Assembly: GCF_004010195.1 (NCBI RefSeq)
Contig: NC_057718.1
Location: 94,924,702 to 94,958,336 of the forward strand
DNA length: 33,635 nucleotides
Direction: 5' to 3'
Source of the DNA: Chiloscyllium plagiosum
Taxonomy: Eukaryota
Translations under genes and position numbers: made by a program
The notes under the pieces: generated by a model
Told to the model about the DNA's origin: nothing
Seen by the model: only the letters and a program-made list of their open reading frames with translations
Database searches by the model: none
Shown here: positions 1 through 10,744 of the stretch, in pieces
Position numbering within the stretch: position 1 is the first letter of the stretch
How the letters are laid out: each line of letters opens with the position of its first letter

Positions 1-182
1 CTACAATCTTTAGTTGCCATGTGGATTTTTGTGAGAACAGAGTTGGATTTGCTTGTGATATTTCCCCTTTACAGTCAGATTATTATTTGATATTCTCCAT
101 GAGAAATTAGAATTCTGCTGGGCTGGGTTAACACCCAGAGATAAAGACATGTAGGAGATAATTTTAAAAAAACTTTTGGGTA

Positions 183-535
183 TGTGAGATGCTGCATTTT
201 GGAAAGGCAAATCAGGGCAGGACTTATACACTGAACAATGAGACCTTGGAGTACAGGTTCATAGTTCCTTGAAAGTAGAGTTCCAGGCAGACAGGATCAT
301 GAAGAAGGCGTTTGGTATGTTTGCTTTATTAGTCAGTATATTGAGTATAGGAGTTGGGAGCTCATATTGTGACTATACAGGACAGTGGTTAGGCCACATT
401 AGGAATACTGCATGTGATTCTGGTCTCCCTGCTTTAGAAAGGATGTTGTGAAACTTGAAAGGGTTCAGAAAAGATTTACAAGGATGTTTCTAAAGTTAGG
501 GGGGGGTTGAGCTACAGGGAGAGGCTGAATAGACT
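183..535 (+). mobile_element. CR1/HER1-type LINE 3' fragment, part 1 (decayed ORF2 C-terminus)
   Basis: Decayed KKAFGMFA and gtgaaacttgaaagggttcagaaaagatttacaaggatg ([13 protein letters not shown]), near-identical to the copies at 15117-15679 and 30741-31273. Interrupted by a SINE at 536. Confidence 0.85.
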
Positions 536-877
536 GGGATGGCACAGTGGCTTAGTGGTTAACACTACTGCCTCACAGCACCAGGGACCCGGATTTGATT
601 CCAGCTTCGGCTGACTGCCTGTGTGGAGTTTGCACATTCTCTCCTTGTCTGCGTGGGTTTCCTCTGGTGCTTGGGTTTCCTCCCACATCCAAAGATGTGC
701 AGGTCAGGTGAATTGGCCATGCTAAATTGCCCATAGTATTCAGGGATATGTAGGTTAGCTGCAATAGTCAAGGGTAAATGTAGAGGAATGAGTTTGGATG
801 AGATACTTTTCAGAGGATCCGTGTAGATTTGTTGGGCCATAGGGCCTGTTTCCACACTGCAGGGATTCTAAGTTCTT
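536..877 (+). mobile_element. tRNA-derived HE1-type (V-SINE) SINE inserted into a CR1
   Basis: A box TGGCTTAGTGG (548-558), B box GGATTTGATTCC (591-602), central ggtttcctc...ggtttcctcccacatccaaagatgtg domain, and a CR1-like tail gggcctgtttccacactg...gattcta. Homologous to 3977-4259. Confidence 0.9.
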
Positions 878-1260
878 CTATTTTCCCTGGAGCTTCGGAG
901 GCTGAGGGGTGACCTTATAAAGGTTTATAAAATCATGGGGTCATGGATAGCTAAGGTCTTTTTCCCAGGGTAGGGTAGTTCAAAACTAGAGGGCATAGGT
1001 TTAAGGTGAGGAGGGAAAGATTTAAAGGGACCTCAGAGGCAACGTTTTCATGAAAAGGGTGGTGTGTGTATGGAATGAGTTCCCAGTGGAAATGGGAACA
1101 ATATTTAAAAGGCATCTGGATGGGTATATGAATAGGAAGGGTTTAGACGGATATGGACCAAATGCCTGCAAATGGCTCTAGATTAATTTAGGATATCTGG
1201 TCAGCATGGGTGAGTTGGACTGATGGGTTTGTGTCCATGCTGTACAGCTCTATGACTATG
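878..1260 (+). mobile_element. CR1/HER1-type LINE 3' fragment, part 2, with tail
   Basis: Resumes at ctattttccctggag, includes actagagggcataggtttaaggtgag and ends in ctctatgactatg like the other CR1 copies in the window. Confidence 0.88.
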
Positions 1261-1683
1261 GTGGAGAGATAGGGACTGAACAAAGACTTGAACTAGAACA
1301 GCACCCCGGTTATGTCAGGGTTTTGAGCTTGAATGGAATCCAGAATTGTGGAAGCTCTTTGATTCTTGGCCCTCAGCTGCTCATTCCCACAATGAATAAT
1401 CCATTGGTGAGCAATTCTTAGATTAAAACAGATTTCCAAAATGGTTTCATGAGATCATCTTAGTTTTGTATGCTAATTGTTGGATATCTGCATTTCTTCT
1501 ATATGTATTAGTTTATTCATAATTTCTACACAAAATAATAATTTTGCAATTATATTATTTTCATCAATTAATACTGTGTTTCAGATGTTAACACTGAGGG
1601 TTTCAGGAGTGTTGAATATTTCAGGAAGGTCTGCAATACATTTAAAATAAACCACTACCTGTAATAGAAGAAAATTAACTTAA

Positions 1684-2131
1684 CTCCTCTCCCCCTACTA
1701 AAACATTTAAACCCTGGGACCTGCAACAGCCAATCCTGTCCCTGTTCTAGCCATGTCTCCGTAATAGCCACAACATCGAAGTCCCAGGTACCAACCCACG
1801 TTGCAAGTTCACCTACCTTATTTCGTATACTTCTTGCATTGAAGTATACACACTTCAAGCCACTTTCCTGTTTAAAGGCACCCTCCTTTGAGATTGATGC
1901 CATGTTCCTAACCTCCTTACACTCCAGGTCCTGCACCCTAAAGCTACAGTCTAGGTTCCCATGCCCCTGCAGAGTTAGTTTAACCCCCCCCCCCCAAGAG
2001 CACTAGCAAACCTCCCGCCAAGGATACTGGTGCCCCTCAGGTTCAGGTGTAGACCATCCTATTTATAGAGGTCCCACCTTCCCCAGAAAGAACCCCAGTT
2101 ATCCAAATACCGGAATCCCTCCCTCCTGCAC
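1684..2131 (-). mobile_element. CR1 LINE internal fragment (ORF1 end and ORF2 APE endonuclease start)
   Basis: ORF 1655..1936 contains LKCVYFNARSIRNKVGEL...DVVAITETWL (APE domain N-terminus). The upstream sequence matches the ORF1 C-terminus seen at 21836-22063. Confidence 0.88.
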
Positions 2132-2322
2132 ATCCAGATAGTCATTAGCATATGCAACTGGGTGGGGCTTTTGCTAAGAAACAAACGTGTCCAAAAGTAT
2201 TCAAATTATGTCAAAACCACATATATGAAAATAATTTGCTATGACCATGTTTGATGTTTGGTCAGTTGGTGAAACCATCATGTGGTGTGCAACTAACCCT
2301 ATTTGGGTTTCGGAATGATTTT

Positions 2323-3450
2323 AAGATGCTGGTGTTGGACTGCAGTAGACAAAGTTAAAATTCACACAACACCAGGTTATAATCCACAGATTAATTTAGA
2401 AGCACTAGTTTTCAAGGCACTGCCCCTTCATCAGGTAGTTGTGGAACATGACCATACAACACAGAATTTATAGCAAAAATGTTACAGTGTCATGGAGTTG
2501 TAATGACAAATTAAAAATCACACAACACCAAGTTATAGTTCTTAAATAAATTTGATTAAGTCTTTCATCTTTTAGAACAGGATGTGGTGCTTTAGGTTCT
2601 TTAAAATGTAAATCCCAGAGTTACATTCTCAAAGTGGCATCAGCTTTACTAACAATAGGTGTCATTGCAGCTCAGACAATGCATTAAATGTGTAAAGGTA
2701 AAGTCTGTACCAGTGTTGAGCCAATTCTATTTCTAAAGTGGGGTTTACAGAAGCTTATATAAGTTTATGCAGTTTTTGAGTAAAATAAAATGTAATTCAG
2801 CAAGTACAAATTCACCCCGTAAACATTTGTGTGCACTTGCAGGAGTGACAGAGTGGGTGTGTGTATGAGAGTGTGCACGTGTGTGGATGTGAGTGCATCT
2901 GAAAGAGTGTAAGTGTATGGGTGTGATGACATTTAAGCCTGTGAGAGGATGAGTGCAGGGAGTGCATGTATGTGTGTATGAGAAAGGGTCTGCATGAGTG
3001 AGTGAGTGAGTGTGAGATAGTGTATAGTGCAGTGGGGTCACCTGTAGTGTGACATGAACCCAAGGTCCCAGTTGAGGCCGTCCCTATGAGTATCCAACTT
3101 AGCTATCAGCCTCTGCCCGGCCACTTTGCATTGTTGCTTGTCCTGAAGTCCGCCTTGGAGAATGGTCACCCAGAGATCTGAGGCCAAATGTCCTGGACCA
3201 CTGAAGTATTCCCTGACTGGGAGGGAACAGTCCTGCCTGGTGATCATTGCATGGTGTCCATTCTTCTGTTGTCATAGCGTCTGTTCAGTCTCACCAATGT
3301 CCCAAGCCTCAGCGCATCCCTACCTGCAGTATATGAGAGAGATAATGTTGGCCGAGTCACATGAGTACCTGCTGTGTATATTGTGGGAATTGTCCCCATG
3401 ATTGATGGTGATATCTGTGTTGACACCGACACGTCTTGCAGCATCTGCTC
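2323..3450 (-). mobile_element. Penelope-like element, left arm (GIY-YIG remnant, 3' UTR and tail)
   Basis: Minus strand reads CDSANIISLIYCR*GCAEAWDIGETEQTL*...QRLIAKLDTHRDGLNWDLGFMSHYR (decayed GIY-YIG endonuclease C-terminus), then a CA-rich UTR and a tail with a hammerhead core. Confidence 0.85.
2403..2437 (-). ncRNA. Minimal hammerhead ribozyme motif (decayed)
   Basis: Minus strand: tacCTGATGAAGGGGCAGTGCCTTGAAAACTAGTG. The CUGAUGA and GAAA cores are present, but the helix III palindrome is mutated relative to the copy at 4517. Confidence 0.6.
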
Positions 3451-3636
3451 AACAGTCACCAGGCAGGACTTTTCCACATCTAGAGGCAAACCAATCAACT
3501 CCTCTCTTAAAAGACTGCTGTTGGTTTGTTATCCATAGTTCGCTGGGGAGTCGCAATGTGGTTTTTTTGGAACAAACAAAGCAAACTCAGTTTGTATATT
3601 GTCTGAAAATCCACTAAATACTGAGTGCGCGCTGTG

Positions 3637-3702
<66 letters not shown>
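3637..3702 (+). repeat. Compound microsatellite (TC)n(CA)n
   Basis: Directly visible perfect TC run followed by a CA run. Confidence 0.97.
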
Positions 3703-3708
<6 letters not shown>

Positions 3709-3976
3709 AGACCCACTCTGACCCGCACCCCCTCTCTCAGACTTATACCCCATCACATGCTTACATGCACTCACACTCAAACGCACACGCTCAAATGCAC
3801 CCACTGTCTCTCCTGTGTGCGCATACATATAAGTTTATGGGGTGAAATTGTATTTGCAGAATTACATTTTGTCTTGCTCAAAAACTGCATAAATCTATAT
3901 AAGATTCTGTAAGCCTCACTTTAGAAATAGAATTGACACAACATTGGTACAGACTTTACCTTCACACATTTAGTAG

Positions 3977-4259
3977 AGTGCCAGAGACACGGGTTCAATT
4001 CCCGACTCAGGCGACTGACTGTGTGGAGTTTGCACATTCTCCCTGTGTCTGCGTGGGTTTCCTCCGGGTACTCCGGTTTCCTCCCACAGTCCAAAGATGT
4101 GCGGGTCAGGTGAATTGGCCATGCTAAATTGCCCGTAGTGTTAGGTTAAAGGGGTAAATGCAGGGGTATGGGTGGGTTGCGCTTTGGCAGGTCGGTGTGG
4201 ACTTGTTGGGCCGAAGGGCCTGTTTCCACACTAAGTAATCTAATCTAATCTAATCTAAT
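3977..4259 (+). mobile_element. 5'-truncated HE1-type SINE with (CTAAT)n tail
   Basis: B box gggttcaattccc, V-domain ggtttcctccgggtactccggtttcctcccacagtccaaagatgtg, and tail taatctaatctaatctaatctaat. It splits the host sequence cacattta|atgcattg. Confidence 0.92.
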
Positions 4260-4516
4260 TTAATGCATTGTCTGAGCTGTGATGACACCTATTATTAGAT
4301 AGGCTGACTCCACCTTGAGAATTAATTCTGGCATTTACATATTAAAGAACCTAAACCACCATATCCCATGATGATGAAAGACTTAATCTAATTTTTTTTA
4401 AGAACTATTACCTGGTGATATGCGATTTTTAACTAAAGTTGTTTAATATATCATTACAACTCCATGACATTGTAACACTTTTGCTATTAATTCTGTCGTA
4501 TGGTCATGTTCCAAAC

Positions 4517-4551
4517 CACCTGATGAAGAGGCAGTGCCTCAAAAGCTAGTA
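4517..4551 (+). ncRNA. Minimal hammerhead ribozyme motif (GAAA core mutated)
   Basis: cacCTGATGA-A-GAGGC-agt-GCCTC-AAAA-GCTA-gt. Perfect 5-bp stem II and AGCT palindrome; CGAAA changed to CAAAA, consistent with CpG decay. Confidence 0.6.
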
Positions 4552-5688
4552 CTTCAAAATAAACCTGTTTTAGACTATAACCTGATGGTGGGTGATTTTA
4601 ACTGGGTTTAGGAAGATGCAGAAAAAGCAGGATCACTGTTACATTTACTTCATTCATTCTGCAAGCTCAAGCCCTATCTGCTCTTTGGGCATCCACTTAG
4701 TTGAGACAGTGTTTTAAGAGTCAAATCAGCAGCCATAAGCTCCAGAAGAAAATATATAAATTGTTTAGCAACATCTTTATGTTGTATCCATTCTAAATCC
4801 AAAGGGGACCATTGAGCCCAGCTTCAAATCTAGTCAACCCACAAGATCCGTATACCACTGATTTTTACTGGACTTTTTTTTTTAAAAAAAACAAAATTAC
4901 TTACCCTATGATTACGCTTTATAGTTAACCCATATGTGTGTGTCTGTGAACTCACAAATCTTTGTCTACAGAGCATTTTGTTTCTCATATAGACTAGGTA
5001 CTATGTACAATTCATAGTCAAAGTTTTTAAAACCTTTCAAGGAACCCTGTCCAAGTATGTCTTTTACAGTCTAAGCACATAAAAAGTTAGATGTTCACTG
5101 AGTTAGCAAGATTCTTTTTAAAGAAGAAACCTGTTAGAGTCAGACAGAGAATGGGAAAAGAGGGAAGCCTTTCAGCCCTTCCTCCTCTGATCTTATGATC
5201 GTGTTGTACAACACTATTATTTGAATCTTTTGAAAATAACTTAAAATTAATTAAGTGACCACAGTTGTTCTCTTGCTATGTTCTCTACTACATTTAAGTA
5301 TGCTTGACCTAACAATCTGATCTTTAGGTTACAGCAATAGCACAATCTCTTATGTTATGATTATACTATAATTGTGACTATATGAGTCTATTCTCAAAAG
5401 AAAAGAATTCATGTAGTCAAGAGAAAGATTACTCAGCAGGAGGCAAGGCCTGTCCTGTCCTCATTGTCATAGAATTATCTTTTTTGCTTTGTGGCGATTC
5501 ACTTATAGATTTTTTTTAATGTAAACTCCTAATCTATGTTCCTGAACCATTTGAGAGGTTATCTCTTTCTGCTTTCTACTGGTCATGAAAGTGTCTGAAG
5601 TGTGCACTTCGGAAGTACTTTATTAAAGGAACACTGAAAAAGTCAAACTACTTCTTTTTCATTCTACTCAAATGGCTTAGTTAATTAG

Positions 5689-5916
<228 letters not shown>

Positions 5917-6390
5917 TAACAATTCCATTATACAGCATTAATCTATATTTCAGATTTATACAGTTTATGGGCTATAATATGGCTTTCATGCTGGAAAGAA
6001 CATACTGAAATAATTTTTGAATAAAGTTATCAAAAATATATTACATTTTTAAATTTGTCTCCAATGTGTGAAACATTGTTAAAGAACCAGCCAAAATGGT
6101 CATGTTAGGAAAAAGCATATTTAATTCATTGTTTAATGGTCACAGTACGATATATTCCTTTCATAAAATACTGATGTTGTAATTGTCTGTATCTGTAAGC
6201 ACTTTGCTTAACTTGAATTATACAATAGTCTCATATAATATGAATTCTGTAAATAGCTGGCTCTTCATTAAGCTTTACAAATGATCAGAGTCTATGTACA
6301 TTTTATTACGATAGCTCCTAAGTTTTATTTTGTGGAATGAGACACTTCCTAAATACCAATCTTCCTTCAACCCAACTAGGTGCTTGATTA

Positions 6391-6607
6391 GAACTGAAAA
6401 CAAAAACTGCTGTAGATCACAGTGGGTCCATGGAGAAAGAGCAAGCTAACGTTTCAAGTCTAGATGACACTTCATCAGGACTGGTGAATGTGGAGGAGGC
6501 AGCATTCATGCAATAGTTTGGTGGGGTTGGTGGTTGGAGTACTGGGGGAGGAAGCATTTTTTATTTTCAGTTCAGATTCCAGTATCTGCAGTAATTTGCT
6601 CTTACTC
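6391..6607 (-). mobile_element. Short Penelope-like tail insertion with inverted ends
   Basis: TSD ggtgcttgatta (6379-6390, 6608-6619). Minus-strand hammerhead motif CTGATGAAGTGTCATCTAGACTTGAAACGTTAGC at 6445-6478. Inverted arms 6391-6411 and 6553-6573. Confidence 0.75.
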
Positions 6608-7043
6608 GGTGCTTGATTAACAGCAATCAAATGCTGAAGCCTCAGTTGGTAGGAGAATTCCATGCAGAGAATGACCTCACTTGGTCAGTGATTTGTAATA
6701 AATTCTGATATAACAATGAAGTGAATGGATTTAAGCAGTACATTTTGAAATATGGGACAGATGATTTTAAGATGCTCATTACCAAATCTTGAATGTGTAC
6801 CGAGTTTAAAGATTTGTGCCCAACGTATACAATAGTAAATGAAGAAACCTTTGAAGGATGACCTAACACAGAACTTAGGCTCAGAATTACTTCACCTGAC
6901 CATAAAGGACTTGGTAGATTTGTATTAATGATTACATATTCACACATTTAGGCACAGTCCTAATAATTGAAAGTGTCATTGCTTTATTATCTCTCTCTCT
7001 CTATCTTTCAGTAGTATTCCTTGAATCTTGTAATTTTCCACAG

Positions 7044-7201
7044 AAACCCGTCCATATTTTTGTGAACAGTGTGGAAAGGCTTTTACCCAGCAAGGAGCGC
7101 TTCGACGTCACCAGCGAATTCACACAGGGGAGAAGCCTTATAAGTGCAAGGCTTGTGAACGAACTTTCACAGACATGTCCACTTTGAGAAGACACGTTTC
7201 T
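7044..7201 (+). CDS. GZF1: GZF1-like C2H2 zinc-finger protein, penultimate coding exon
   Basis: Acceptor ttttccacag|AA, donor TCT|gtaagt. 158 bp, in frame with the previous exon: ETRPYFCEQCGKAFTQQGALRRHQRIHTGEKPYKCKACERTFTDMSTLRRHVS. Not present in the ORF track. Confidence 0.88.
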
Positions 7202-7485
7202 GTAAGTGCTGCCTGACTTTGCATTTAGAAATTATGCTGTTTTTTTACTTATTGAAAAATGTATCTTGGAATCACATTGTCAACAATTATTGCCAATAAA
7301 GGCTCTCATCCCCACAAATAAATATTCTTGAAAAATATAATTATAGTAAGTAAAATATTCCTCTATCATGTGATAGATTCATATTTCTTAAATACTTCAC
7401 AAGTTGGACATTTGTGCAGTTATTTAATTTTAGAAAAATTATCTTCCTGTTTATATTTTAAGAGTGACGGCACATTCCAGAGAGC

Positions 7486-7735
7486 ATAGGCTTACTCTCT
7501 TCCTTCATAAGATAAGCCCCCATCTCTGCAATCAATCTAGTGAACCACTTTTGAACAGCCAGTAATGCAAGTATTCCCCCCCCACCCCTTCTCAAGTAAG
7601 GAGGCCAGAATTGTTTGCAGTCCTCCAGGTGTGGTCTTGCTAATGCCTTGTAAAGTTGCAGCAACACCTGTCTACTTTTACACTCTATTCCTTTAGCAAT
7701 AAATGCCAAAATTCCATTATTATGTGCTGTACCTC
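7486..7735 (-). mobile_element. CR1 LINE ORF2 C-terminal fragment (intronic)
   Basis: ORF 7458..7739: GILAFIAKGIECKSRQVLLQLYKALARPHLEDCKQFWPPYLR...VQKWFTRLI. Confidence 0.85.
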
Positions 7736-7979
7736 GCACTGGTTTTCTATGATTTGAACTTGGGACTCATCTAACTTTTCACGTCACCAGACAAAACTTT
7801 TAGTCATCATTTTGCATATTCTGAAGACATTACTCCACTACACACGTATATTGTAAGCTGTCTTGTTTCTGGTCATTACTTCTATATAGGTTGCTCTTAA
7901 ATGATTAATGCTAAACATTTGCTACATGTTTATCCAACAGAGAATTTCATTTTCGGTTCACCTTACCTTTTGCTGTTAG

Positions 7980-8159
7980 GTTCATGACCGAAATGCTCAC
8001 TGGCGATCATACCTGATTGATCTTACCTCAAAGAAAGATCATAATTGGTCAAAAATTGAAACTTTAGGCGATGTTTGCCTTTCTGATGACCCTGTACCTG
8101 TGAAATGGATGAATATTCGGACTGATCTACCAGTGGAAGGAATACAGCCCGGTCATTGA
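7980..8159 (+). CDS. GZF1: GZF1-like protein, last coding exon
   Basis: Acceptor cttttgctgttag|GTT, phase 0. It supplies the last His of the split finger: VHDRNAHWRSYLIDLTSKKDHNWSKIETLGDVCLSDDPVPVKWMNIRTDLPVEGIQPGH*, stop TGA at 8157-8159. STLRRHVSVHDRNAHWRSYL resembles the GZF1 post-finger motif as I recall it (STLRRHTSIHDKNTPWKSFL). Confidence 0.82.
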   Translation, partial: VHDRNAHWRSYLIDLTSKKDHNWSKIETLGDVCLSDDPVPVKWMNIRTDLPVEGIQPGH

Positions 8160-9740
8160 TCAATATTACTAAAACAGATGGACACAACACAGTATGTATT
8201 GTCTTCAAACTTACAATGAAAAATTGGATATATTTTTATTTTTAATGCACTGTTTCTGTGAAAAGTTAGTAATAATTCAATCATATACACCACATTCACA
8301 GCTTCAGTTTGTCAAATGTACAGTAATCAGCCCGATTTTCATTCTTAGGGCTTTTATTGGGCATCTGTTGGAATTTTCTGAGTTTAGTCCAGCAATTCAA
8401 ACCAGAAATACCCTAAGTCTTTCACTTTGATTTGGTGATAGTGAGGTATAATGCGTAATCATTGTCAGACATTATTTATTTCCTACAGTTACAGTGAATA
8501 TTTAGTATTTTGCTGTTGGAGATCAGCATATCAACATGGCATTAACTAGTATTACAGAAATTAACTATTTTCATCAACACCATCATTTTCTTCTATATAT
8601 AAATTCTAAAATTAATAATTCTATATGTTAAAAAGCAGTTTGCTTCATTGATGCAATAAGCAAAAATACACTGAGAGTTTACATCTGTACAGTCAAATTG
8701 TTTTAATCATTTCAGTTGCAGGATTCCAAAATGTAATTCTACATTTGTTTGACATCTTATAAATAATCTGATCTGTTGTGTACCTGAAAGTATATTTCTA
8801 TTTCTTATAGCACTGGAGACTTATAATTATCAAACATTTTCTGTGAAGATTACTATTCGCATCACAGCTTGTATCCCTAAATTAATTTAAAATATATTTT
8901 AAGTGTTTAAATGCAATGGTGTAACTCCTCAAATGTTTAATAATTCTGAACTCAGGATGTTCAGAATAATTTGATTAATGACATAAATTGGCATGGGAAT
9001 ATTTCAGCATTATGCTGTGCTGTATTTAGAATCAGACATGTAGTGTAGGATTATGGAAGATGAATGGTTTGTAAATAGAGAAGCAAAATACCAAAAAAAA
9101 GCATTGTTATTTGATCAGAATAGCTTTCACAAGGTGTCTAACTTTGATACTTTTTGTAGACCTACTGTTGATCAATGTTTCAATGTTGTGGTACAGAAAT
9201 CTGATGATTGAATCTTCTTTTCCTCCACTGATCAAATCTACAAAGTTACATGTTTTGCAGCATACTACATGCCTGATCGTTTGAGGACTAGTTGTAATTT
9301 TCTAGAACTCTCACTAGACATGTATGTATTCAGTATCTAAAGGAACTACAATGTCTTGTTTGCCAATAGTGTCATAACACTACATTTTAAAGTGCTGTAG
9401 GAAGGAATACTACTAAATGATGTCATGTTACTGACTTTTTTGTGTATTGTGTTCCATTTATTTTCTGGTATGGTCGTATGGAGAGAACATCTGCTGTGGT
9501 ACAAAATCAGTTTTACAATTCATCCATTGTAATTTAAGGATGCATTCATTAATTCTAGTCTATTAAATGTACCATGATGGTATATTTCAATACATTTGAC
9601 TTTGAATTGTTAATAGAGATGTCACATTGAAAATTTCAGTGCAATAATAATTGCAAAACATGTATTGTTAATCTATTAAAGTAGCAGTATGAAATCAGAA
9701 ACATTAAAATGTTTTAATTCAATCAGATCTTTAAAAGTCA
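8160..9740 (+). other. Putative 3' UTR with candidate polyadenylation signals
   Basis: AT-rich and free of recognisable transposons. ATTAAA at 9562, 9675 and 9703, the last followed by a T-rich tract at 9742-9763. Alternative AATAAA at 10083. The end is uncertain. Confidence 0.5.
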
Positions 9741-10454
9741 CTGTTTTTAATTTGTTTTATTTTAGTAAGGCAACAGCATATGAACGTTTCTTTTAATACC
9801 CAGCTTCACAATTCTTCATTACTGAAACTTACATTTTACAATTAATGAAAAGTTCTATGCCTTTTGCAATTTTTTTTAAATATGTTGTTGAAATTTGCAC
9901 TAAAAATAATGGTAAGGTTGTAATTGAATAATCCCAAACATAAACAAGGGTGGGAGAGGAGCCCAATACTGATGCTGTCTCAAACATACAAGAGCAAATC
10001 TGATAATTCAATAGAGCAGAATACAATGCCACCATCTCATAGTGGCCTTGGGCACTGTCAGCCATTATGGTTGGTGATCGAAAATAAATTAGTAGTCAAG
10101 ACAATGTTACAGCAGAAGGTTGTGCTGTCAGACTTTCCAACATTTTTGGTATCACTTTTTATGAGCTGGCTTGTTCCCAGGCAGAGAAATCAGAGGTTGC
10201 TCTTGTCACTTGCTCAAAAAGAGGACACAAAATATGTTTAGCCCAATAATTTCAAAAATCATACTAAGATGAAGCTAGTCAGATTCAGAAAGAACTGGCA
10301 ATCTGTTTTTATTCTTTGTCACAAGTAACAATGTGTATTTTCATAAAATGTATTGAAAGAGGTACAATGTTTTTCTCTTAGTTCACTTAATAATTGTGCA
10401 GTAAACCAACTGTCTGATTTGTATTCTTTTGGAAGATAGACATATTTGGAAAAG

Positions 10455-10543
10455 GAGAAAGTGAGGACTGCAGATGCTGGTGATCAGAGTCGTAAAATGT
10501 GGTGCTAGACCGGCTGTGCTTTCCTAGCACCACACTTTTCGAT
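10455..10543. mobile_element. Tiny palindromic Penelope-like tail remnant
   Basis: TSD atatttggaaaag (10442-10454, 10544-10556). aaagtgaggactgcagatgctgg is the reverse complement of the tail at about 25115-25140. Internal inverted arms tcgtaaaatgtggtgctag / ctagcaccacacttttcga. Confidence 0.75.
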
Positions 10544-10744
10544 ATATTTGGAAAAGTGTGATTATTTGAACATGTTCAAATAAAATGAAGATTAATTGCT
10601 AAAATTTTGGGACACATTCACGTGACCATAGGATATAGGAGTAGAAAGAGGCCATTTGACCCATTGAATCTGCTCTGCCATTCGAACATGACTTGTACGT
10701 TTTTTTTATTTTGCCTGACCTGCTGAGAATTTGGAGCATTTTCT

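Larger units (their letters stand above)
3703..4602 (+). mobile_element. Penelope-like element, right arm (3' UTR and tail), inverted relative to 2323-3450 and interrupted by a SINE
   Basis: 3830-3972 plus 4260-4602 is the diverged reverse complement of about 2352-2830. Confidence 0.85.

Noticed and set aside
536..605. tRNA gene
   Set aside because: The A and B boxes run straight into a SINE body and LINE-like tail; no complete cloverleaf.
2745..3912. His/Thr- and Cys/Val-rich ORFs
   Set aside because: Translations of (CA)n/(TG)n microsatellite sequence.
9924..10241. 105-aa ORF downstream of the zinc-finger gene
   Set aside because: Non-ATG start, no recognisable motif and no supporting splice structure.
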